From the NCBI GenBank assembly GCA_964016885.1, contig OZ024746.1, positions 82,398,001 to 82,462,000 of the forward strand: a stretch of DNA of 64,000 nucleotides. The letters are read 5' to 3'. The stretch comes from Eledone cirrhosa (Eukaryota). Shown here piece by piece: positions 43,401-55,752 of the stretch (position 1 is its first letter; each line of letters starts with the position of its first letter). The position numbers and the translations under genes were made by a program. The notes below the pieces were generated by a model. The model saw only the letters and a list, made by a program, of their open reading frames with translations. It did not search any database and was not told the DNA's origin.

Positions 43401-46400
43401 ACTGACTTTTTAGAATTTCTTTTAGTTTTAGCAACTGATTTTTCAGTAATTGATATTGCCGCAATGTCTTCTACACATTTATCAATGTTATCCTTCATTG
43501 TTCCAGAATGTAGTGACATATTCGATAATTTCGAAGTCATTACATCTAAACTTGGAACAGATGAAATAATTTCCTCAACATCTGAAAAATCAGAAATATA
43601 TTGTAGAGCATTTGAAAAACATATAGAAAGACCAGAATGAAGATAAAGTGCTTCAGGATTGCTATAATCATAATTACTGTTCTGAATTAACGACAGTCCC
43701 TTTTTGGCATGCTCATAGCATAACTGAAATTGACTACATTTTTTGGCTAGATGGCTTCTCATAAGACAGGATTTGCTAAGACTAAACAAACAATTGTTTA
43801 TGTATATGCTATTTTCAGGAGCAATCTTAAAATTTTCAGAACATATTTGTATTGGAAGATAGCTAAGTAGCTTTCCTTGAAATAAACTATCAAGTTTAGC
43901 TTTGATGTGTTGACAAGATTTTGAATACTGATCTTCAGCAATTGTCAAAAGGTTTTCAGTGAGACCTTCATTGCCTGTAAGATGTTCTAATTCAGCTAAA
44001 GTAACTAAATACTTCAAAAACAACCCCAATGAAACTACATCAGAACAACAATTACAGCAACATTTAACCTTGTGGTCTTCATTATCAAGGACAGGAATAT
44101 CAACAGATGGTGGCAAGGTAGCTTTAGTAGAGCCAGTAACTTTCAATGGAGTTGAGTCATAACTACCAGTGTTATCCTTTCTCAGAATTGCTTCTTCATC
44201 ACTTAATTCAGCTGACCATTTAAATTTAGTAACCAACTCATCATCCATTTTGAAGGTTTCTGGTGTAGAAACATTGCTACTATGTGGTGAAGTATTCATT
44301 ATAAAATTCTTAGTATTTTCTTGATTTACTTTTCTGCTGATAGCGTTTTCTTGAGTTAGAAGAATGTTCTTAGTCTCTTGCATAGCTTTTGCAGCACTTT
44401 CTATCTTATTAGAAAGTAAGTTGATATGAGCCAACTGTATCTGAAATGTTGCATTCCTATAAAAGAAAAATCAATTTTTTTAGGTTAATTGAATTTAATA
44501 ATTGTTTCTACTTTAGGCACAAGGCCAGCAATTACCCAGTGTATTACTGGTACTTTATTTTATCAACCCCGTAAGGATGAAAGGCAAAGTTAACCTCGGC
44601 AGGATTTTTTTGAATTTAATTGAATTTAATAATGATTTCTACTATAGGCACAAAGCCAGAAATTTGGAAGGAGGGGGGAAGTCGATTAAATCCACCACAG
44701 TGCATTACCGGTACTTTATTTTATTGACCCCCGTAAGGATGAAAAGTAAAGCTAACCTCGGTGGGATTTGAACTTAGAACGTAAAGGGCCACAACTCTAT
44801 GCTGCAAAACATGGTGCCTGACGCTCTATCGATATTGCCAATCCACCGTTTAATGATATCGTAATTTCAACATACAAATATTTCCTTTTGTACTGCTATA
44901 TTATGCATATAACAACAGATGACACCAGTCAAAGAAATCATCACAGACAAAATGAGACATGATCAAGAAGGTAAAAACCTGTCCAACTGAAACCAGTATT
45001 GGAAATATAGACAAAATGATAATGACAGTATCTTTTTGAAAAGTTGCATTGCTGAAGCATGGAACAAACTACCTGCATCAGTTGTTAACTGTTGAGACAC
45101 TGCATCCTTTAAAACCTCCATGCTTCCTGAGATTTGCCAACACTACACCTGATGTCCCTCCTCCATACACATGCACACATGTATTTCATGACTCGTACAC
45201 TGTTCATTTTCCTGACATTTGTACAGTATTCTATGTATTATACATGCAGCTTTGATGAGTTGTAGTGTACCTGAGCACTGTACACAATAATTTCCTTATT
45301 ATTATTATATAGTTTGAATCCATGAGAAAAATATAAAACCATACATAGGATTAACAAGACACTAATCAACATCCTCATCACCCCCGTTTAACCCTTTGGC
45401 ATTTAAATCGTCCATATTCTGTTCACACTGGCCATAACCAGCTGCTAATACGGTATTGTTCTCAAAATAAATAATATCAAAATCTCGTAGATACGATATT
45501 ATGTGAGATGAAGTGTTTACCATGAAAATACAATAGTAAATATAGAGTAATGTAAATGCTAATGAGTTAATGTCTATTTTCCATGCCTGTATGAGTTAGA
45601 CAGGTTCTCATGTACTGAAGCTAGATAGGTCAAGTGACCATGACCTGCTATTTATATTCTGTTTTTAGTTGGGTACTCTATGGCTGGATACTGAAATATG
45701 CAGATGACATCAAGCTGTACCTTGAAATCTAAAGGACTGATCCTGAAATCTACAACTCTTTCCTACAATCAGACCTGGACACAATGCAGGCTGGCAACTG
45801 AAGCTGGCTGTGGACAAGTGTACCACCATGCATTTTGGGAGGAAAAATCCAGCGTCCACATACTCCCTCCACAACACTGATATCAAGAAGTCCTCTTGTG
45901 AACGTGACCTGGGCATTACTGTCAGCAGCGATTTGCGTTGGACAAAGCATGTCTCTAAGATTGTCAAGAAGGCCAAAGGTGCCTTGGCATCACTCAGCAA
46001 GACCTTTGTTAGCCGCTCTCCAGCCATCTATTTAAAGCTGTATACAGCTATGGTACGACCACACTTGGAATTCGCATCATCAGTCTGGAACCCCTATCTT
46101 GCTCAGAACATTGACCTCCTGGAAACTGTTCAGAGACGTGCAACCAAACGCATACCCTCCATCAGGGATCTACCATACTCTGAACGCTTTGCTTCCCTGG
46201 GTATGGATTCATTGAAGCTCCGACGTCTGGCAATAGACTTGGTAAACACCCACAAAGTTATTAACCATCTCGCCAACAATAATCCTGAGCACCTTTTTGA
46301 TCTCCATGTGTCTAACACACGTGGACATGCCTACAAAATCAGAAAACAGCTCCCATGACTTTCGTAAACATTTTTTCACGCTCAGAGTTGCTGAAGCATG

Positions 46401-49400
46401 GAACAAACTGCCTGCGTCAGTTGTTAGCTGCTGAGACACTGCATCCTTTAAAACCCTCATGCTTCCCGAAATACGCCAAAACTACACCTGATGTACCCCT
46501 TCCATACACATGCACACATGTATATCATGACTCATGCACTGTTCATTTTCCTGACGTTTGTACATTACCCTATGTACTATACATACACTTTTTGATGAGT
46601 TGTAGTGCACCTGAGCACTGTACACAATATTTCATTATTATTATTATACTCTTCCTTTCACCAACCACTTTATAGTGTACTGGGTGTGTTAACCATGTAA
46701 ACACAACATTTTCTATAAACTCCATTCATATCACCCTATTATTTTACAAAAACATGTCATTAATCAGATATACTGTGAAGAATAAATAATGGAACATCAG
46801 CATCAGCATCATTTTTGACGGCTGGATATCCTTCCTATCACCAACCACAGGTTGATGATCATAATTGCAACCATGATTGAAGTACTTTTAAAGCTAAATC
46901 ATCTTTACTAATCATTAAATTGAATGAAGACAGAATCTATTATCAGTCAAAGTCAAGAAGAGCCATATTTCCTACAACCTAGAAACACACTACAATGGTT
47001 GTTACCAAGATTACAGTTCATAATCTGTGTCAGGAGTCAACATCTTAAGCTAAAATCACAACTCATCATGTTTTTCCATAAGAAAGGAAACAAATGAAAA
47101 CTTACCACCTTGGTAATGCCAGAATATAAGACAGTTTTATTCCTTCTTTGATGTAACACTTAGCTTCTCTTTCATCACCAACATGGCAGTAGATTAGACT
47201 CAGGTGAAGAAGAGATTCTAACATCTCTGACACAAGTTCCCATTTTTCAAGTGTCTCAAAGCTTCCAGCCCAACTATAGCCTGAAATATAATTTGCAATA
47301 CCTTTAGTTAGTCCTTGCTAACAAGGGACCAGATACTCATTTGATAGTGTTATTCTACAGGATTGCGGAAAATTAATTCTAAACTAAAAGTCACATAAAC
47401 GGATATTTATGTTTCCATAAATTTATTACTACGATTATTAACAATTGTTATTATTTTTAATTATTGCATAAGTTAATATTGGATATGTTTAATGAGGATG
47501 ATAATGATAATGGTGGTAATAGAAGAAACAATATAAAAAATAAATATAAAAACCACCACCATCACCACACATCCACTTCCCATGGCAGGCTGAGTGGTTT
47601 GTCACAGTCTGTATTAAGATGGTATTTGTAACATAACCCAACAATATATAAAATAATGTTGGAAGATTTTATTCTAAATCCTTTAAAAAGGGTCGTTTCA
47701 TTTCATAGAACTAGAAGCAGTTTTGGGTGGGTGGGTTGGTATCAAAAGGGTTAAACAAGCAGAGAATATCCAAACTGATAAAAAAAAAATAATAATCCTT
47801 TTTAAAATTATTTCACTTAACAAACATGTAAAAAGATATGAGGAAGCAGAAATATAATAAAAATATATTGTACCTAAATCAGCAAAGGGAGCACAGGTAT
47901 ATGAATCCAAGTTACTGGGTTTATTTAGATACTGCATTATGGTTGAATACATCCTCACAGCATCGTAAGCCAGTTCTAATGCTGACTCATCATCAGAAGA
48001 GTCTTTATCAGAGTCAACATCATCTGTAGCAGGAACAAGTTTCAGTTTTGATAGAAGACGTTTGGAAAATCCAAGAAAAGCACAAGCCTGCTTCGTTTTG
48101 CTTGTTTGGAAAATATCATGGGATGCCACTTTTTGATTTAGTTGAACACCTTTGGCATACTGAAGAAAGAAAATATTTTAAAATGCTATTCAGACTGTAA
48201 TAACATTTATATATCATCATCAACATCATTTTTACACCCACTTTTCCAATAATATATAGGTATAATGTATGGCATTATGAATGATAGACAAACAAAACTT
48301 GATAAGTAAATGAATTATATTAATAAACATAAACGATTATAGAATCTAATTTACCATAACACAAAATTGTTCATATACATGCAATAATATTTTTAATCAA
48401 CAACTCTGTGAATAAGGGCACAAGTTTTACATAAAATAATAAAAACAGATCCAATATCCAGTAATACGCTTTTGAAAAAGAAGAGAGTAGAAATATGGAA
48501 GTTATTCATACCTGTTTTTGTTTCAAAAGTAATTCTACATTTGTAAGCATCTTTAAAAGTGAACTCATGGTCTCAGATTCATCACTATTGCTATTGGAAG
48601 TTGTAATGGCAGCTGATACGGGATCTGACATAGCATTTAATATGGTCCAAGCTACATCAACAGCACCAAAAGAAGAAAGAGTGCTGCAAAGTTGGGAGAT
48701 GATTTTATAGCGCAATTCAACAGAGACATCAGCTGATAAATTAACTACTCGCAGAGCAACTGTCAATACTCGAAGTGAATGAAGGGGCTAAAATTTAAAA
48801 AGTGAAGAAAAAAATAATATTTAGATTGAAAATATTTTTTAAATCAATTTAAATATTTCAATAATGAATGAAATGTTGTAACTGTGTTTATTTGTTAAAT
48901 TATAATTACTGTTGTGACATTTGACTATTGCGGTGATGATGCGTGAATGACAAAGCATGGACGAGCTGAGAGTGAAACTGTGTATAAGAGGAATAGACTG
49001 TAGTCTGCTAGAGAGAAGACTATGTTGGTATGGCCATGTGATGCACGTGGATGATGACCACTGGGTGAAGAAGTGCCAAGTAATCCCAGTGGAAGGAAAA
49101 CAGTAGAGGAAGACCACAAAAAACATTGGCGGAAGTGGTGAAAACTGACCTCAGATCGCTGAAGCTCACACAGGAGATGATGAAGGACTGTGACAAATGG
49201 AGAGATGTTGTGCCTTTCCACCCTTGCAAGCAGGGAAAAGCAAACGTAAAATAATGATGATGATGATATCAAATGTAAAGGAAAGATAAGCAAAATTGGT
49301 TCAGTTAAAACAAGGTTCAAAAGGTTACAGTACTTCGGGAACATACAGGACATGTAGTTCCCCAGAATAATAGTACTTTGAATGAAGGGGTGATGTAGAT

Positions 49401-52364
49401 GATAGTGGTTTTAAGGATAGAACATTATTTTACTCATCTTATTTGTAAAGTGGGTAGTCATTTCACAACAGAATGATTAACGCTAAATAAGGTATCCAGC
49501 TATAAAAAAGCTGCAACATTAACATACATATTTTTGATATGTGGATTCCAGTATTATGGAGGGAGAAGCATAACACATATATCATCATCATTATCACTTA
49601 TTATTAACACTGCTTTTACATGATTTTCCATACTAGCATGGGTCGGATGAGACTTTTTGAGAAAGTATTCTATGCTTGGATGCCCTTCCTGATACCAACC
49701 CTTACATGTGCTGAATTTCAAAGGTTAAACTACATAAACAAATGTCACTGCTAGCTGTGTCCAACGCAAAACAACAGCACAAAGAGAAACAAACACTCAC
49801 ATATATACTTATTTACAATGATGAATGTTTTATAGCCATCTTGAGGTCCCCTGATACTTATCATTTAGAGGCAATGAGACTGACCTAAAGAAATTGAACC
49901 TCACTATTTTAATGATACTGACTTAATTATATTATTGAGTGAGTGGGGAAACGATCAAAGGTGTATCAGTCCTAATTGATTGCTTCATTTCAATATTATT
50001 ATTTTAAACTCCCAGGGATAACACAAATCTAAATTGTCAGTTGAACATTTTACTATGTTTATTATAGTTTGATTTATTTATAAATTGTTTGCAATTATGT
50101 CTTTTATATGAGTACTTCTGCTAGTATCATATATATATATATGGAAACCTTACCTTGAGAGCTAAAGTGAAAATAGAATTACAAAGAAGAAGAGTTTGCA
50201 GAATGTGTGTAATTTGAGGAGCTGATATATCATCTACTGCTTTCTCATCATCAAATGATTTCTCAAATATTTCCAAAAATAATTCAAGGTTCTCCATTAA
50301 AACAGATTCCGCCTTTAGACTGAGCTGAAATTGCTTCTCCTCTGAATTGTTATCCAATTCAACATTTTCATCTTCAGAGTAGAATTCTTTTGCACACTGA
50401 AAAAAAAGCAATAATTCAACTTCAGATGTCTGTTTGAAGAGAAAATTCTATATTAAGTATTTAACAGTAGCATTGAAAATAGGAAGCTTCTCCATTATAT
50501 CACAAAACCATTAGGTAATGCAAAAGTAAGTCAAACTGTTAATGTGTGTGTGTGCATGTGTATATATATATATAGAGAGAGAGAGAGAGAAAGAGATGTG
50601 TGTAATAAAAGAAGGATAATTTTCAAAAAGAGAGTAACAGCTCTAAAATGTTGAAATACACTGGGTAAAATATTACTTTGTTTTGTTTTTAATTTGTCAT
50701 TCGTATTTTTCTACCACATTGTAGTACCGTTTTTTTAAATTATCGGTCTTTTATTACATATATCACAATGCTTCATATTAACTACACTACTTATATATAC
50801 ACAAGCTTTAGCACAGTTTCAATCTATGACATTTTAACTCCTTAAGCATGTTGTCTAGGCACTTCAGTAATTATTGTTACTAGTAAATAAAAGTTAAATA
50901 TTAAATTTAAATAATTGCTATTAGATTATTTAAAGTGGCTAAAAAGAAAAGAAAAATTATATTTTTTTAAAATAACAGAATAATAGATGACCTTTCGGCA
51001 AAATTCTTCGTGTTCAAATATATAAAGCAAAAGATTAACTTGACCAAACAGAATTTTCTCGTTCAAAGAAGCTGATGGGAAAAGAGGTCTCATTAATTCA
51101 ATGGCTTCAAGAAGATAATCTTTACCACACCTGAAATATGGAAAAATATAGTAATAGTGAATATCAGATTATATTTTAAAACTTTTGATCACATTTAACA
51201 CTTTAGCATTTACGTTACCCTATATTTACTATTATATTTTTACAGAAAAGGCTTTCTCTCACAATTAATTCACATACCGAATCTATGAGATTTTGATATT
51301 ATTTATTTTAAGAAAAATACCTTAACATCAGTGTGAGTGGCCAGTTACAGCCAGTTTGAACAGAAAGAGGTGAGAGAATCCTGGCCAAATGCAGCCGGTT
51401 TAAATGTTAACGGGTTAAACAGTGGTCTTTGTTTTGAAGACTAGGGAGATCAAGTAATATATAAATAATTGTATAGTAGCTCTCTCATAGTCTCATATTT
51501 ATAATTGTTTCCTTAGCTTCCTAGAGCCAATCACTAAAGAGTTTGCTTAGTGTGAAGACAGAGCCATGAGTTTTACTCTCCACAATGTTTCCTTTTCAAA
51601 ATCCCTGTATTCAGCTAATCTACAGCCCTGGACTGGTAATTTGTCAACGATGAAAGATGAAGTTGAATTCATTGAGATTGGAACTCTATGATTTAATAAT
51701 TGTCAATTTACTGCCAGTATCTCATTAATTCCTGTATTATAAGTATAATAACAAGCAAAAAAATGTACCATCACCATAATGGTGGCATGGGTTGAATGAG
51801 TCATCAAAGTCCAGATAAATTCTTATTTGAAGTTACTGCCCACCTAGATGGATCAAAAGACCATATCTTGCTCATTCATACATTCCATTCTTGGTGTGGT
51901 TCATACTGCTAAATATCCTTCCTAACATCAACATATTTACAGAGCATACTGAGTGCATTTATATTACCAAAATAACCTATATGTAGAAAGGTAAAAAGAA
52001 AACTTACATTTCATCTTTTTTCGTATTTTGCCACAAAAATTGAGCCAATTCATAGAGATAAATGCATTTCTGGTATGTTGTAGCAGCAGATTTAGAAAGC
52101 TCAGTTAGCATAGAAATGGCAAGATCTCCCTGGGTTTTTCTGAAAATACTAAAATACAGAAACAGAAAATTACAAACGAACAAAAAATAATTTAAACTAT
52201 AGTTTGGTTGTTTTAAAGCCTTATCATATGTGTATGTATGTATAAATATATATATATGTGTATATACTGTGCTGTTTGCCTTTTGCAAGCAGGGAAAAGC
52301 GGACGTAAAATGATGATGATGATGATGATGATATACATATATACATACACATATATATATACAT

Positions 52365-52395
<31 letters not shown>

Positions 52396-55300
52396 CAGAC
52401 ACACATATATATATATACACACACACATATATATATACACACACACACACATATATATATACTAATAATAAAAAGGACAAAGTATTAGGTGTTCATTACG
52501 TTTATTCAGTGTGACACGCATTTCACGATTGATCTGCTCAAGGTTTGATCTGGCCCAACCCTAGAATCAAAAGCTCATCGGACTTCTGCTACGGTAATAT
52601 ATATATATATACATAAGCAGGACAATGGCAATATCGGTAGAGGGTTTAACAATTTGCTTTGAGGACATGCTTTCAAAATCAGAAAACAGTACAGCTCCCA
52701 TAACTTTCAGAAACATTTTCTCATGCTCAAAACTTCTTCCCAAGTTCCCGAAATTTACCAACACTACACCAGATATTCCCCCTCCATACAGACGCTTGCA
52801 TGTGTGTGTGTGTGTGCGTATGTGTATATATCATGACTCATACATTGTTCACTTTCTTGACATTTGTAGGTTACTCTATGTACTATACATACACCTGTCA
52901 ATGCAATTAATTATACCATAGAATGAAGTTCCTAGTATTTAATTACATTAAATCTGGCGGAAAGACAAAATCATTCTCTATCTTGTATTGCTTTACTAAT
53001 ATTGTTTCTATTTTTGGCACAAAGCCAGCAATTACTGGTACTTTATTTTATCGACCCCATAAGGATGAAAGGCAAAGTTAACCTCAGCAGGATTTGAACT
53101 CAGACTGTAAAGGGGCGTAACTCTATGCTACAAAGCATGGCGTCCGGCCCTCTACCGATAATGCCAATCCACCGCCTTACTAATATTGATTCTGATTTAG
53201 GCACAAAGCCAGCAAATTCAGAGGAAGGGTAGAGTTGATTGGGAGCCAGAATGAATACCACAAAGTATTCTACACGACAGTCTAACAACTCTGTTGATTC
53301 AACACCCGATTGTTTATAATCAAACTTATGCTTAATTTTCACATGGAGATAAACAAAAACAATAGAAATATTACTAATAGCATCTTTTCCTTAGGAACAA
53401 AGCTTTGGAGGGAGGGGATAAATCAAAGTTGATTATACTGACACCAATATCATACTAATATTTATATGGAATTAAGTTCAAAGATCATTGAATTTAACAC
53501 CAAATACTTTGTAAAAATGCTAAGTGAATCAATAGCTTCCTACCATGCAATTTCTGACTGTGTTATATACACAGTTAGGGGGTCAATTGGGAGACTTGTT
53601 AGAACATTGGATAAAATGTTTTGCAGTATTTGTTCCAGCACTCTGAGTTCAAAACCCACCAAGGTCAACTTCGTCTTTCAACCTTTCAAGGTTGTTAAAA
53701 AAAAGTGCCAGTCCAATACTGGGTTCGATTCTTGTTCCTTATTGCTTTCTCAGTTCCTCTCTATCACTCTCTCTCTCTCTCCTTCTCTGAAAGAAATCAG
53801 CTATGTTCGAGCCTGGAGAGAGGTGGGCTCTGCTAAGTTTAAAATTACCATGATACACTGTGTGTCAGGGTGACACATATAATTTCATCAGGAGTTAAGA
53901 GCTGTTTACCTACCATATATACACAATTAATAAAAGCCACTTTCATACATTTAATCACTGTATCTCATTATGTTCCTCAGCTAGACAGAGGTATAACATA
54001 TCAAAAGCTATGGATCACACCTAGTTGTTTGGTTGACAACCTATGTGCAATACAATGGATCTGCTTAATCAAGGCTGACCACTTTTTTTATCTTCCATTT
54101 GAGGAGATTGTGAAACTTAATTATGTTTAACTTTATTGTTACTATATTTCTAAGGAAAGAGACAGCCAGTGATTTTCAAATAATCAGGAATTTAGTAATA
54201 TAACTTTCTTATTATTTAGCTGGTATTTGGAACATAACTAAACAAAGGTTCTTACCTTCCATCATAATTTTTATGTGTTTAGATAGATATAAACATTTTT
54301 AAATGAATAGTTTTACATTATAGAACCAAGGGTAGTTTCAGGAAGTTTAATATCAAAATTTGCTCATCACTTGGAGAAAACAACTCTGCATTTCAATAAT
54401 TTTCATGATTATGTGGAAAATATAAATGCCTCCACAATCCTGAAATGTTGGGCTTAGCTCTTGTATCATGGCTTGAAGCAAAAGAGGTAAATCTTCTGTA
54501 GATAAAGTGCCGGTGTAATGCAGACAACATTCACAACTGATGTGCTACCTATTTTTGACAGCTAGGAAACATAATGAAAAATTTGAAGTGAATTTTAAAC
54601 TCAATCATTGAGAATGTAGGACAACCACTTATTCACTCACCCATCTCTAAAATGAAGGATTCTTTTAACCCTTTAGCATTTACATTACTCTATATATACT
54701 ATTACATTTTCACAGTAAAGGCTTTATCTCACATATCTGACATAATATTGAATCTACGAGATTTTGATATTATTTATTTTGAGAACAATCCCTTAATGTC
54801 AGTATGAGTGGCCAGTTATGGCCAGTTTGAACAGAAAAAGGTGAGAGAATTCTGGCCGAATATGGCAAGTTTAAATACTAAAGGGTTAAACTTTACATAC
54901 TGAAACAAATTCTCTTGAACAACTTCACTTGGAAATTTTGTGTTAAATATGACCAAAATGTTTTAACTATTAACATCCTGTATTGATTTAGGAGAAAATG
55001 TTTAAAAGCAAGTTTTTTATTTGAATGTTATAACGTCTTTAATAGAGGACAGACCATTTTGAAAATTTTCAGCATTAAAGACTATTTTTTAATATTATGC
55101 AGACATAGTGGAGTGGGGGAGGGGAGGGGGGTGGGTGGGTTCTTTCAAGAATGCTTTACTAATGTGGTTTCATAGAGTACAGAAGATTAAAAGTTAAGAA
55201 TACATGAGTTTCTTGTCAGAGAGGAAACAACTTTTAAATCTGGACAATAGTTAGTAAAGCAAGCATTGAGCAAGTTGTGACCAGAGAATTTCAAATTTGC

Positions 55301-55718
55301 AAATATATATATACATACATATATATATATATATATGTAAGAATATTTTCGAAACAGCGAGTGGGTTTGAAATTATTAGAAATGTAAGCTACCGCCGTAC
55401 TTTGACTAAAGAAATTAAAGAAATTATTTAGCCTGATAGTGGGGTTAAGAACCCTTGGAGAAATGGAAAAAGATGAGTATTGACGTACATGGGAGTCGAA
55501 CCCACATCTTTGGTTATACGGACCACTGTCCTACCATTTACACCAACACATCACCTGTGTTGGTGTAAATGGTAGGACAGTGGTCCGTATAACCAAAGAT
55601 GTGGGTTCGACTCCCATGTACGTCAATACTCATCTTTTTCCATTTCTCCAAGGGTTCTTAACCCCACTATCAGGCTAAATAATTTCTTTAATTTCTTTAG
55701 TCAAAATACGGCGATAGC

Positions 55719-55752
<34 letters not shown>

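Noticed and set aside
44440-44442. Alternative acceptor (tttcag) for the giant separase exon
   Set aside because: It is phase 0 and does not match the phase-2 end of the upstream exon. The acceptor at 44457/58 fits.
55481-55625. Functional tRNA-Tyr(GTA) gene pair
   Set aside because: The anticodon loop lacks U33 and purine 37, the D stem and first anticodon pair are mismatched, and the acceptor stem has three wobbles. Kept only as tRNA-like.
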